From NCBI GenBank assembly GCA_964106915.2, contig OZ066919.1: a stretch of 64,000 nucleotides of DNA; one strand, written 5' to 3'. Made by a program: the position numbers and the translations under genes. This DNA comes from Podarcis gaigeae. Lineage: Eukaryota. The notes under the pieces are model-generated. The model worked only from the letters and a program-made list of their open reading frames with translations. It ran no database searches and was not told the origin of the DNA. Positions 13,501-27,753 of this stretch are shown in pieces; positions within the stretch are counted from its first letter, which is position 1; each line of letters opens with the position of its first letter.

Positions 13501-16500
13501 GTTTTACAATACAAACCACTCCCTTCCCCACTTTTAACTTTCATTTTTGATTAACCATAGCAATGAAAGCTAGTGCCTGATTTGGCAGGGCTGCTAGGAA
13601 TTCATGGGGGCATGACCAATGAGTGGTCACAGCACTGTGGCCAAGTTATTCTGGTTTTCTCACCATCGTCCTCCCTTGCTGTGGATACTTAGGCATTGCA
13701 GTTTTACAAACAGCACCTAACACAATTGAAAAGCGTCAGAAGGCGTCCCTGCTGTCACAGTTGCTTTCTTCTTAAAGATAGGTTGTGTGGTCCCCACCTG
13801 TTCTGGTTGTCTCCCTATCCTCCCATGAAAAAGGACTGTTAACAATATATTTACAGACTGTGGGAAAAGATTGTTTCCCAGTTTATTAACTTCTACATTC
13901 CCCAGTTTATTAATTTCTACATCTTTTCCCGCTAGAATGTGAAATAAGGTAAAGGGATATTAAGTAGACTAGGACCTGGGAGACCAGGATTAAACTCAGC
14001 CACAAAACTCACTGTGTGACCTTGGACCAGTCACTGTATCTCAACCTAACCCACCTCGCAGGGTTATAGTGAGGGTAACATGGGGAAAAGAAGACCCATG
14101 AATACCACCTTGAGCTTCAAATAAAAATGCTACCTCCTGCCTGCCTATCCCTGATTTTGAATTTGGGGGATAGGCTTCGAATAATGAACACAATTCAGAC
14201 CTACAAACATTTGACTTGTAGGTCCTCAGCAAATCCAATATGTGACAACTGTCTGTTGGAACTGTGCTCCTGTACTACATATAGACTCTGCACACTGAGT
14301 TCTCATCTGCAGCGTCCTACTTTTTAAATAGCATTTTAAATTTGTTTTACAGTCTTTTTATCCTCACAACGACATGGTTGCTTTGATCACAGTTCAACAA
14401 AAAGAGCAGTACTAGCCCCTTCAAGACTAACACATTTATTATGGCACAAGTTTTCATGTCAGTTTCATCATTATTGGTAATCCATGAAAGTAATAATACA
14501 TTTGCTAGCCTTTAAAGTGCTACTGGACTGTTGTTTTGTTTCTGCCGGCCCTTTGTTGAAAGTGTACAAGAGTAATATACCCCATGCCATACAATGAGCC
14601 TGTGACAGAAAATGGGTGGTGATCTTCTGGTGGGCTAGCTTAAAAAAAGATGGTAAAGAAAAGGCCAATAATTCTTGGTAATCAATGAAAGTTTCATTTC
14701 TGCTGTAAACCATTGTGGTTAGAAGTTAGAAACTGGCTCTGGATTGCCAGAACATCATATCAAATGAATTTGCTGAACTTTAGGCAAGTTGGTAGCTGGG
14801 AAAGGATGTATGTTTGCATGGACAAAAATCAAGAGTGACCTTAGCTCACAGCCCCAAGCATGCTCATACTGGGCTAACTTGAGGCCCACATGCTTTTGAC
14901 TATTTGCACCCACAGATGTTCTTTATTTAAAATAAATAATTTAAGATTTGTACAGCACAGTGTTTCCAGTTCAGAGTTATTTGGTTGTTTAAGTTGATAT
15001 TGTGGGTAAAGTTTTATTACTATGTATCTTTTGATTATGACGTTAATTTCTACTCTAATTAGATTTCCAGTCTGACAGCGATAGTTTTAATCCTACTCTA
15101 TGGGAGGAGCAAAGACAGCAACGTATGACTGTTGCCTTTGAATTCGAAGAAAAAAAGGAAGAGGAGGAAAATGCAGGAAAAGTTAAGGTAACTAGGATTA
15201 TCATCCTTGGGTTTTTTGTAGTAAATAAGTAGGTGGTTGTTAAGTGTGTGTTTAACCAATCTAGACATGAGTAAGGCTGCAATCCTATACTCACCTATCT
15301 GAAAATAAGTCCCATTGAACTCAGTGGTGCTTACTTCGACATGCAATGGATTGCACTGCAAATCTCTTTAAGAATTTGACTGTATTTCCTACTACCGTGA
15401 TTGCACCTTCAATTACTGGCTAGGGCACATGAAATTTCCAGATGCACTGTTAAAATCTCATATTCCGCAGTAGTCAATTAGAAAGTCCTCTTTGATGGGC
15501 TGCCTCATTTAAGTGCAGTCCAGAAGTTTGCTCTTGCCTTTAAAAGTCAACCTGCTGATACGCATATTTTCTTGATGTCCTTCTCTTGATATTTGCCATA
15601 ATGTCCACTTAAAGCATGTGACATTTAGAACTAAAGGGATTGGCACTTTTACAAATATATAGAGAGAGTAAGAATTAGATATTGCCTCACTGCAAATCTT
15701 GTTTTGCAGAACAGAAATGAAACTGATAGAAGTGAATCTTGCTGTGCTGTTTATGAGACACAATTACCAAAAGGATAACAATGTGTGATCAATAGAAACT
15801 GATGGCTTAGGTTCACAAAGACCATTTCTAATTCGCTAACTCAGAACTGTCACATCAGATGAAACAAACAGCCTTTTAAGCAGATATGTCTGTTCTGTAT
15901 AAAATTGAGGGAGGGAAATAGGTTAGATTCCTTTATAAAAGCCAAGTGTAATGTGAAATGGCAGTTGCACAGGGAAAAAATATTGTAGGAGTCAAGTTAA
16001 TTAACAAGTCCTGACGTAAATATCTTCTTTCAGAAGTTTAAACAAGGCACAAAAGACTTTATAAGACACAAAAATGGCTGATCTATTGCTCATCAGATTG
16101 CTATATTTAGCTCCAAGTAATCATTCCACAGCCACCAAAATTTCAACACCTTGAATATTACATTTCAGTGACAGCTGAAATTGTCACCTTAGTACAAGAG
16201 ATGTTTTTTCTTGAATTTCTGTCTCCTGCACAAAAAAACTTTGCAGTCTCAGTGTTCATATGCATTTGTTCTTTCAAAACCAATGAAAGGATTCATAAGC
16301 CCATAATATAACAAACATGAAGACCACTTAGTGGGCATTCAGCTCTATCTTTTCAATAGTATATTCAGTGTTCACTAGAAGTATTACTTAGGTTTCCAGC
16401 CTACAAAGACAGCCCATATAGCATGCATTTTACACAATATTCTATAATACAGAAATTATTTTCTGATCTTTATATTAAAATTATGTCCAATCTGCTCCGC

Positions 16501-19500
16501 ATTCAGAATGGGGGTTGGCCTTGACATGATGATTATATTCTAGCAAGCAAGTGCCCCTGATGTGTGTCAAAACCAAGTACTTCCAGCAGGTGTTTTGTAA
16601 AAGCATTGCCTTGCTATTTTGGGGCAAATATGTTTTACTTCAAAATGAGATTGACCGAGGTCAAGAGTCACATCTATCAGTCAAATCATTTGTTTTTGGA
16701 ACAAGACTTGAAATTGACGTTAGTTGCAGGAATAAAGAAAAATGAGACCTTTCTTTCTTGAGCTCTTACTCTAGTTCCCTCTTTTATCCTACAGATATCT
16801 GAGAGGGGGGGGGGGGAATTGCCTTACTCTTCATATAATCCTCAAACAAAAATAATACTTTATTAAAATGAAAAGTAAGATTGGGTTGTATCCGGCAGCG
16901 TCCCTCTGCTGAAAGAAGGTTCTTTGACCCAGTGGAGGTGTCTGTGAGCCAAAGGGAAGGAAGTGTTTTCCATAGACTCCCCCTTCTTCTGCAGTCCCCT
17001 TAACTACTTACATAACTGTTCCAAAGGATTTCCTGTTGAACAAATTTGGGAAGCTGCACAGAGAAGGGAACGAGCTAAAATCGCCTTTGCCACTTTCCAC
17101 TAACATGAGCTTCTGCTGGATCAAAAAGCATACTGTCAGAAAAATGAGCAATGTATGTATGGACGCAGTGGGATATTAATCCATTGTATCTGACTTTTTG
17201 TGGATATCCCTTTAACAAGTAAAATATATTTTTTAAAATTAGCAAATAGAAAGCAACACGAAAACTGTATTGGTAGCTCTCTGGGACACACACACTTATG
17301 AGGGTACTAAGAGTACATTTTTGTACAGGAGAATGGCAAAAGATGTTTTAAAGCAATGAAGAGGCTAAGTAGTTCCATGTTAAGCCATAGCCTGTGTTAT
17401 TTCACTTCCCATATATCTTCACATGACAATCAACATTTCCTATACTTCTAATGTTACATAATTGAAAATCAAAACGCAATCATTTCCAGTAATGTTGCCT
17501 TTATGCCTGAAAGGTTTGAACCTTGTACAATGAGAATGTACAATTAAATGACATCTGTATAAATGTCAGTAAATAATGCTTTTTAATGGTTTTGTTCATT
17601 TCAGCTTCCGTTTTCATTTTAGTAAACAATTAAAAAAAGAAACCTGTATATAAAAATATGGTTCTGCCTAATGCTGAGTGAGCAGAAAACAGCTCATACA
17701 ATGGCTCTTTCCTGCAGCCCTGTACTCCTTCACAATGTTTCCCTAGTAGGTCCTGAGTGGTGAGGTCTGTATCAAGTGGGGCTATAGTAGTAGGGGGAAA
17801 TCACACAAAACCAGGAAGAAGAATCTTGTACCAACAGCATGCAAGATTCCTCTGCCTGATTTGGCGTGTTTTCCCGCTTCTACTGTAGTCTCCTGCAACA
17901 CACAGTGCAGGAGGGCTCTTGACTCTCTCAAGGGGCTTTTGTGTCAAGGGTCCAGGTAGCTGCAGTGGGCAATTTCGCCAGGTATCCTTCTGCTTAAAAA
18001 TAAGATAAACTGTGTTTCAAAACTTTTGATGTCATGCTAGACAGGTGAACTTATGTTCAGCTCATCACAGTTTTTTGATTCATATGATAAAGATAAGCAT
18101 GTTTCTGAATGGTGGTAAAAAAATTAATTTTATCATTTTTTGTTAATTCACAAACTAGAAAAGTGATCTATTTGCCTGCGTCAGGGGTAGATAATCTTTT
18201 GCACTCAAGAGTTGCATGTGGCACTGGTCGGGGGATGCTTAGCAGTAATAAGTGGGCCTGAAACTGATAGCTGNNNNNNNNNNNNNNNNNNNNNNNNNNN
18301 NNNNNNNNNNNNNNNNNNNNNNNNNNNNNNNNNNNNNNNNNNNNNNNNNNNNNNNNNNNNNNNNNNNNNNNNNNNNNNNNNNNNNNNNNNNNNNNNNNNN
18401 NNNCAATACCCACTTTCGCCCCCAAATAAAGATGAAATTCCACAGGAGTGCTGTCAATAATATCAGTGTAAAGCCAATTTTAATGTATTAAATAGATTTT
18501 TAAAAGTCACACTGGTGCTAGACCTTTACAGTACTAAACATATTAAAAAGAAATCATGTTAAATGTTTCTGTTACATTATTCTGCTTATATTAATTATAT
18601 TTATTCTATCTTAAAACATAATCAAATGGTTACAGATCAGTTCAATACCTGGGTGGAGATGATTCTCATATGTTTATCCAGTAAACATGCAAGTAATATT
18701 GGGACTCACAGTGTTTAAAGTGCATACAAAATTTATTTGACATCATGGCTATCTGTGCATTGCAATATCAACTGCAGGCACCTGTCTGTTTGGCTGATAT
18801 GAAGACATTTCCAGAGTGGTGAAATAATCCTTAATATTAAGGGCACAGTTCTCAATGAAATGTGTGCCCTGTGATTGGTTGGTTGCATATTCATCTACGT
18901 TTCATAGGATTTGGTTTGTAATTTTATGTTATTTAAAATTATACATTTGGTAATAGTTCTTAATATTCATAATAACTTTATTCTGATGAGTCTTGTGAAA
19001 TTTGATTTTGGTCAAGTGTATCATTGTTTGCTGAAATGAATTTGACAGTAGAAATTAAAAAAGAAATTCTTCTATCCAGGAATATTGCACTTTGGAAGGT
19101 TTTTATCCCCAGCGGCATGCTACTTCTGAGGTAACTTTAAATGTGAAACATAAAAGACCATGAATAGAAAGGGAGTCTAGACTTCATTGGTAATTATCAT
19201 TTTTAATATCAACTATGGGATTTTCTTCACCCTAATTCTATCTAGCACATCTGCGAGTATGTTTAATAGTGAAAGTTAATATTTACCTAAGATAAATTAA
19301 CTTTACTCAAATTTCCTTACATAGTTAATTAGTTACACTGTATTCTTAGCAACCTTTGCAGTGCATGTAGTATTTGATTTACATCCCAGTTATTGTTAAG
19401 GTTATGTGTAAATCTTACGTATACCATGGCCCAGGTCATGTAGAAAAGCAAGTGATTAAGTTAGACCAGCAGCAATTACATTCTTTCAACTGTAAGGCAA

Positions 19501-22500
19501 TTAGATCAATAGCAGTACATTATTCCTCACACCACTTAGTTAGTTTTCTTACTGGAGCTGTACATTTCCTTGTAACATAATATTTCACATTTGCTATTGA
19601 GATCCATGTTTGGATGTGCTTGTCTGTAATGCATACTTTATTATATTTCAACGCTCAGTGCAAGTTGCTACCATAGTTTGTTCTCTTCACATCAGTCAAG
19701 CTTTTTGAATGGTTGCCTATTAACTTGTGTCTGCATTTGAACCTTGGCTTTACATGCAATATTTTCCTTTGTAGTAAAATTTATATCACACTTTTGTACA
19801 AACACACATCCATTAAATGAGGTGGGGGCCCCTCAATTTTTATTGAATGCAATCCATTAAAATTGAAGCGTACTCAAGTCCTATTGATTTCAGAAGGATT
19901 TAGGAACATCTAATCTTTTTTGGATTGCTCACAGTCTTTTCAAATAAGCTATCACAATGTTGTTTTATAAATCCAGAATGACTTCCCATATGCAAGTGAA
20001 GTTCTAGATTCTACCTGAGCCATTAAAGTGATATTTAGCAGTCTGAATATCAAGGTGTAATTTCAGTCCAAGTATGATTGCATTATACAGTTCTAGGCAA
20101 GTGGGAAGGAAATTACATTCAGTCACTAATGGATTTTATTCTGCATTCACCATGTTGTAAATGACATAGGCTTTAGCATTTCAAAGGCACAGTTTTATGT
20201 TAACATTGTCTCAAATGCCTAAATTCACTGTCTCTGTGTTTTCTGTTTTGTATAGCCTTGATAATCAAAACTAGAAGTTTAATAATGGTTTTTGTTTCCT
20301 ATTTGTGGTTTTAATTTATTTTGTTAAACGACTGCTCAGGTTGAAATAAACTTAAAGCGCTATCCAACTCCATACCCAGAAGATTTAAAGAATATGGTGA
20401 AATCTGTTCAAAATCTGGTGGGTAAACCTAGCCATGGAATGAGGCCTGAGAATGCAACACCAACCATCAGTGCAGAACAAGCTGTGAAAGACAAATATGA
20501 GCACAAGTGGCCAATGACAGCAAAGGATATATCTGTGGAGGTAACATGACAGTGTTATTTAAACAAACTGGAGCTTATTTTAAGATCAGTACAATATAGA
20601 TCTCTTTATTCAGAGGGTTGTGTGTAAGCAGAAGTAGGCCGATCTATAACCCCTTTCCTTCCCTCTTACCTTCCTATTAGATATAATTTGCTTCACCTTT
20701 CAGTGCTGCCCTTCTAATTTTTTTTATTATTATTGGGCCAAATATCATGTAGTTCTCATACTACACAGAACAAAACGGGTATTGCCAGCATTGCATGACA
20801 CAGAAATTGTCAGGCCTCAGCAGGGTCTGCTGTTGATTGTCAGGTACCAAGGCTGGGGCATGGCCCAAACAGGCAAGGCTGAAGTCCGATCAATCAAATG
20901 TCTGGTGCTCCTTGCTGCAGCACACTCTAAATGCAAATACAGAAGATTCCCCTGGGAGCAATGAGAACTGATGACATCCTATCTCAGGGGGAATTGTACA
21001 GGAAGAACATGGCTTCCTGCCTGTAAACATCAAGTCCTCTCACTCTTAGGTAAACTTGCTGTATTCAAAGCACGCAGTGGCAAGAAGCTGCTTGCACTAG
21101 CAGCCCCAGGCTGTGGGCAGGGAGATGCCTTATTTTTAAAAGTTTAAAATACTTTTAAAACTTTTTTGTTATTTTTAAAAAATGCTCATTTCCATGCGGA
21201 TTTTTAGGCATTTCTCAGGAATAGGGCAGAGCAGCCTTAGTTCCCTCCCAGTGCACAATTGGGACAGACCAGACTGTAATGGATGCCCACAGGATTTCCT
21301 AGACCCGATACACTGTGTGCTTTGGGTCCCCTGAATCTCCCCACAATCTCTTGATAAGAACTGCTGTTTATGTGCCTATATTAACTTTACCGATATAAAA
21401 GGGGAAGGGGAGGCCTGAAATTGGTAGCAGAGTAAGGTGGCAGAAAACTATCAAGAAAAGCAGGTAGTGATGGGTTTAAAAAAAAAATACTCTACCACCA
21501 ACAGTACATTTGTCCAGGGCAAAATAGCTATGAGCACAAAGTACAAAATTAAGCTTCTTCCCACCTACGATCAGACAGGCCTCTACTAGTTCAAGCAGAA
21601 CTCACCTCACAGGCCGTGGTCTTTCTAGATTATCAGGAAAGTAGGCACTATTTGTTATTTTATCCTACTCAGGGTGTGTGATTCCAAGCTTGGTGAGTCC
21701 GCAAAACAGGCTTAAGAGCCACACCTTGAGAGTTTCTTCTGCCTTCATCCACAAGGTGGAGCCCAAGCCACTGACCCTGTGCAGGCAGTGTCAATATGAG
21801 TACCAATTGTACTTTTTTAAACAGCATTCTATGACATTTAAAGTCACATTTGCCTGGTCAGCATTCGTGCTTGGAAGTTTTATAATTCCATGCTCCTGAT
21901 AAAATTTCATCATTAAAGTATCACTTCCTGGGCTATCTTTTTATAATATTCCACAATATTATTGCATTTTACAGGACCCATATGTACATGCTGTGAATGA
22001 TATGAGGATAGGGGAACTTCGTCCCTCCATGACTGAAGCACCATTGTACCAACCTAAACTTGTCCTATTGGGTAAAGAGAAAAAAGGTACTAAGTCACTT
22101 TATAGATATTGAACGTGACAAACAATGAAAAATGCAGCAGAATAATGTGCTGAACACTGTATTCTCTATTTTACACTTAGCCAGAATCAAATTGGAAATT
22201 ATATTTAATATGCAAAGCCAGTCGATTTAGATACACAGCTATCTCTATTTCTCTCCTACCCCTTTTCCTTAGACTAATAGCAACTTTAATTGGTGTGAAA
22301 GGGTCAGGCTCCAGGTTCCTGGGGGCCTTGGACACAGGGTACCACTGGGCCTCTTGTCCCCTCCCTTATCTCCTCAAACTACGCTCCCTTCCATTCTTGC
22401 TCCCACCCCATACCTTTTCTGTCTGCCTGCTTACATTCGCATATTGCAATATTTCTGTCGTCCTCCTTTTTGCCTCAGCTTCTATTTCCTTACACCGGCT

Positions 22501-25500
22501 GGTATTGCTTTTTTGTCTCCCTCTCATCTTCCTTTTCATTTCGATCACTTTCTTCTCCCATGTATCACATTCTCTGCCACTTTAATGCACCTCTATGTGA
22601 CTGTGCCTGGGGAACTGAGTCTCTTCTCCCTTCCCTGCATCCCCCCCCCCCCGCACCCGCAAACCTCTGTGGATGCCTTCCCCCCCCCCTCCCTTAAAAC
22701 TGCCTATTTGCCTTCTCCTGTGTCAACTTGGCGTATATGTAATGTACAGAAAAGAAATCTAAAATAGTTTCAGTACTCTCAGAACGTAATATAGGCAGCA
22801 GTTGTTCTAAGCCCTCTTAATTTGGATAAAACCCAATTTAAATGAATGGCTCTTCCTTCTAAGCAAGAATTATGAGCAAATGGTGGGCAGGTTAGCAGCC
22901 TACTAAGTGAACAAGCCCCTCAGACCCTCTGGACTGTGGGTCAGTGCCTCACTTGGGCCACCCCTAGTATTGGGCATGGGTATGAAGGTGATTAAATCCT
23001 TCCTAATCACTGCTGCTCTGACAAAACTCTCTGTGTCTGTTTTTTTAAAAATAAATATTGGGAAATCTCCCATATCACATTTGGTTTGGCCCTGAGTGTT
23101 GGATATAGTGTATACAGAAGGCTATATATGTCATTAAAAATAAATACTAAATTATTATGTTCAGCAGTAGCCAAAATGGGGGTGGGGCGTTCAAGACAGT
23201 AGCAGTTTGGTCAGGTTCGTAAGTGTAGGAAAGGTGAAAATGGATCTTTTAAAAATACAAAAAAAAGTTCAGTCTCACAAGGCACAATGTTTATAAGGGT
23301 AATAGTAAAGTAATACACCAACCAATAATTGTAGATTGATACAGTCAGATGATACAGCATCTTGGCTGAAGATGGATGGGAAAGGGAGGTGGTACTGCTG
23401 TGCAAATGTCTTAGGTGTCTTTGAACATTCCCGGGGTAAGTTCATGGCTGGCTATATTTGTATGATATAAAAGTGGAAATCACATTTCCAAGCTAATTAC
23501 CGTAGTTGTTGTATATATGTCTCTGTGTTCAATCTTCTATTCAACTATTAATTTCATATTCCTTTCTGTGCTTGTTTTAGAATCAACAGATGAATCTGAA
23601 GCAGATAAAGTTCACTGCATGAATAACAGTGTTTCTTCAGGCACCTATTCAGACTATTCACCTTCACAGGCATCTTCAGGGTCTTCTAACGCTCGTGTTA
23701 AAATGGGGTCCTTGCAGACTACAGCTAAAGATGCAGTGAATAATTCTTTGTGGGGTAACAGGTGTGTTTACTTTGTAGACCCCAGTTGAAACACTGGATC
23801 TGACCATAAAGGCATCTCAGACAGCCAAAAGTACAAAGAGTTTAAATAAAAGATGGTGGTGGTGGTGATGATATCAACCCTTGTATTAAAACAGAAACAG
23901 ACAGGAACGTCACTAGGGCCAGACTAGCAGGAGCAGCAGCATGATTGAGATGCCTTTGTTTTTTCTTTGAACTAGCAGTGCTTCCTAGGACACCTATGTG
24001 ACTATGTGACATCATGTCTCAGGAAGTACTGCTAGGCTGGGAGCTGGTATACTACAAGTGTACACAAGACTTCTAAGAAGTCTGGCATTGCATACAGTTG
24101 GAGAAAACCTGCTGCACTTGGAACAACATCACACTGGCACTACTGCAAATAAGTGAAGCATTGTGCAAAAAAAGGTAAGTGTTGCAGCATCCCTGCCCCC
24201 TCAACAGCTGGAGAGGGAGAAGAGCAGAGCATCCAGAACAGAGTATGTTCTCCCCCACAACTAGGCACCTCTGCAGAAAGGCCCATGTTTGTAGGTGAGA
24301 GGAAGGGCACCTTTTTCCATGTCAAGGCCCAGAGGAATTATGCCTTAGGGGTGGTAATTACTCTGGCAACTTCTACCCAAAATTCACGTCTATCTGCAAA
24401 CTTTCAGAGTAGATGACAGTAGTTGAATAGCAGTTCACCCATCTTACCCATTTTTCAGCTGACGAGAATGAAAGAGGTACAAAATGATTACGTGTCATCA
24501 AGGTTTTCTGTACTGTCAACATTTACTCCACTGCATACAGAATCCCATATAAGCAACTTTGTCCCACCATAGATACAGACACAGTTTTCAAAGAGACTTT
24601 CACTTTGCTTGCAGGCTCAATGCTGTGTGCTTATTATCTGTCACTAGCCTAGAGATTTTTATACCAGAGGCAGATTTTTAGATTTATGCAAAGCCATTTT
24701 CATATACATATAAATTGTGATATTTCTCTCTTTGTGTGCTTTCTCTTTGTCCCCACTCCAAACAAGCTAAAGCTTCCATTCATTCATGGGTTAAACAAAA
24801 CATGCAATAATAGTAAGATATTTATTAGCATTTTATTCTGCTGTGATAGCTTCCTTATCTAATACCAATCTTCTTGTTTTCTCCAGGCTTGTCCAATCTT
24901 TTCCTCAACCTCTTGAAACAAAGCCATTGCTCAGTCAACGGGAATCTGCTCCAGCAGGAAACTTACAACAACATAACGAGAGGCGCCCAATGAGCGACAC
25001 CTTTGCTGACAGCTGGAATGATGGCTCTCACTATGATAACACGGGATTTGTAGCAGAAGAGAGCACGGTGGAGAATCCAAGCGCTAACCCCCTCTTAAGC
25101 TCTAAATCGAGAAGCACATCTGCTCACGGACGCAGGCCTTTAATTAGGCAAGACAGGATAGTTGGTATCCCCCTAGAACTTGAACAGCCTACTCTCAGAA
25201 ATACACCAGAATCAGAAGTGCCTCCATCAAACCCTTGGCAGAACTGGACAAGAACCCCTAGCCCATTTGAAGATAGGACAGCCTTTCCTTCTAAGCTGGA
25301 GAGCACCCCTACCACCAGCCCTTTACCAGAAAGGAAGGATCTTGTTAAAGATTCCGCGGAAATAGCTAGCACTTTTTCTCCAGGAACACCGTGGGAGTAT
25401 CATGAGTCAAATGCTAACAGAAGTCTTGGTAATGTGTTTTCACATATTCACTGTCGCCCGGATCCTTCTAAAAACGTCATTTCTATCAGCAAGAGCACAG

Positions 25501-27667
25501 AGAGGCTTTCGCCAATGATGAGGGACTTGAAAACGAATAGGTTTAAGAAGTCACAAAGTATAGATGAGATAGACATTGGCGCATATAAAGTTTATAATAT
25601 ACCGCTAGAGAACTATGCAGCTACTACGGACAATGCCGGTATGCATGAGAGGCCAGATAAAATGATGGGTCCAGAACATGGAATGTCTAGCATGTCCCGT
25701 AGCCAGTCTGTGCCAATGCTTGATGATGAGTTGCTGACCTATGGAAGTGTTAAGGTGCAGCAGCAGCAAAAGCCTTCTGTAACTAAAAAAGTGTACCAGT
25801 TTGACCAAAGTTTTAATCCTCAAGGATCAGTGGAAGTGAAAGCCGAAAAGAGGATTCCGCCACCTTTTCAACACACTCCAGAGTACATTCCCCAGCAGAC
25901 TAAAACTGTCTCAAAGGATTTGGTTAGCCCAAGAGCCTACCGAGGGTATCCACCCATGGAGCACATGTTTTCATTCTCCCAGCCTTCTGTGAATGAGGAG
26001 ACTGTCAACACTCAGTACTCAAGTCAGGGATCAAGGGCTGGGTTTTTGAGAAGAGCAGATTCATTGGCCAGTTCCACAGATATGTCAATGTACAGAAGAG
26101 TCAGTGAACCACACGAACTGCCTCAGAGCGATAGGTATAACAGACACCAGTATAGAGGACCTATGGAACGCCAAAGCAGCATGCAAGTGTCTGAATCCCA
26201 ATTCCTCAAAAGAAATGGCAGGTATGAAGATGAACACCCTTCATATCAAGAAGTGAAAGCCCAATCTGGAAGTTTTCCAGTTAAAAACCTTACTCAAAGG
26301 AGGCCATTGTCTGCAAGAAGCTACAGTACAGAGAGTTATGGTACCTCCCAAACCAGGCCAGTTTCAGCTAGGCCTACAATGGCAGCTCTGTTGGAAAAGA
26401 TACCATCAGACTATAACTTGGGTAACTATGGTGACAAGCCGTCAGATAACACTGATTTAAAGACAAGGCCTACCCCTGTGAAGGGAAATGAGAGCTGTGG
26501 TAAAATGCCCGCTGACTGGAGACAACAGCTACTTAGACATATAGAAGCTAGAAGGTTAGACAGGGTATGTTTGGCATTTCTCTGCAATTAATGCCTTTTA
26601 GTTTTTATATTTCTATATATCAAAAAAAATCTGCTTGCAGTGATTAATATGTTATCCAGTAATAATTCCTGGATTTGTGTTCTGAATTAATAAACCATGA
26701 AATGTATTTTGTTACAGTTTATACATAATGAGTTAGAATTAGGGTTGCTTTGGGGAGCATTGGAGAAGTTCTTTCCTAATATACTGTTGGTTTTTAAAAT
26801 GCAAAAATGATAATCTCGGTCTTCTAGTAGTGGGTAATTTATGAAGCTTAAAGGAAATCACAAAAATAGTTTATAATTTAAATATTTGTTTTATTTGCTA
26901 GCCTTTACAGTGCATAGGAAAAATATTAAAGACAAATTCCAAAGCAAAAGTATTGGAAATATTGACTTTGGCAGGCTTATAGTTAATGGGGACACTCCAA
27001 AACTCTACAGAACTCAATAGCACAATCTTCAGTGGCTGTGTTATGAATCAGCCCATGCCCTTGTGTGCACAAAGTCAGATATGCATGTGTGAACCATCTT
27101 CATGTACCAGAACTATTGGATCATGGCAGATGTAATTAAGGATTTCTTATAGAAAATTTAGCCATTGATTAACAAATAAGCTACAATTACTTTTGTTCTG
27201 GTACCCCAATGTCTTAAATCTATGTACTTGGAAGTCAGTTGATTTACATTTAACTTATTTCCAAGTGTGTTTAGGATAACGGGTTGAAATACGTAAAGCC
27301 CCAACAGAGACCAACTATAACTTATATTTTCTATGTTAGGAAGTGTTTGTCAATTAACATTTATTATTGGTAAATGTGCAGAGTAATTCATTGACATGAG
27401 ACACAGTTTCCAAGGTGTGAAGAATTAAGAATGAGGTATTGTTTGAAATGGTGATAAGAAGTAAATGAATAAAACATCTTATAACTGATATATCCAGAAA
27501 GCATTTGGAAGGAATTCTGAGAAAAACTACATACTACATGTAATTCCATTATTTTCCTTTGAAAAAAGTCTAATATACTGTGCAGCCATTGAGGCTACAG
27601 TTTGAAGTGGAAGACTAGTACAGGAGGAAAAGGACCTTCTTAACCTTTCCACTTTATTCCATTTGCA

Positions 27668-27753
<86 letters not shown>

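Noticed and set aside
10338-13922. Short tandem duplications (ggaggttctacaaacc x2 near 10340; cccagtttattaa.ttctaca x2 near 13880) as an array
   Set aside because: Only two units each, ordinary slippage. No CRISPR-like or other periodic array exists in this eukaryotic window.
16795-16874. Possible exon after the strong acceptor cttttatcctacag
   Set aside because: 80 nt with a G-run, AT-rich content and an in-frame stop; nothing beyond chance splice-like sites.
22295-22767. Hydrophobic and Pro-rich ORFs
   Set aside because: Low-complexity pyrimidine-rich intron sequence with C-runs; no recognisable protein or exon structure.
24843-26591. 582-aa ORF as a stand-alone gene
   Set aside because: It is the large internal LRRC7 exon plus intronic flanks; splice sites at 24886/24887 and 26564/26565 join it in frame to its neighbours.
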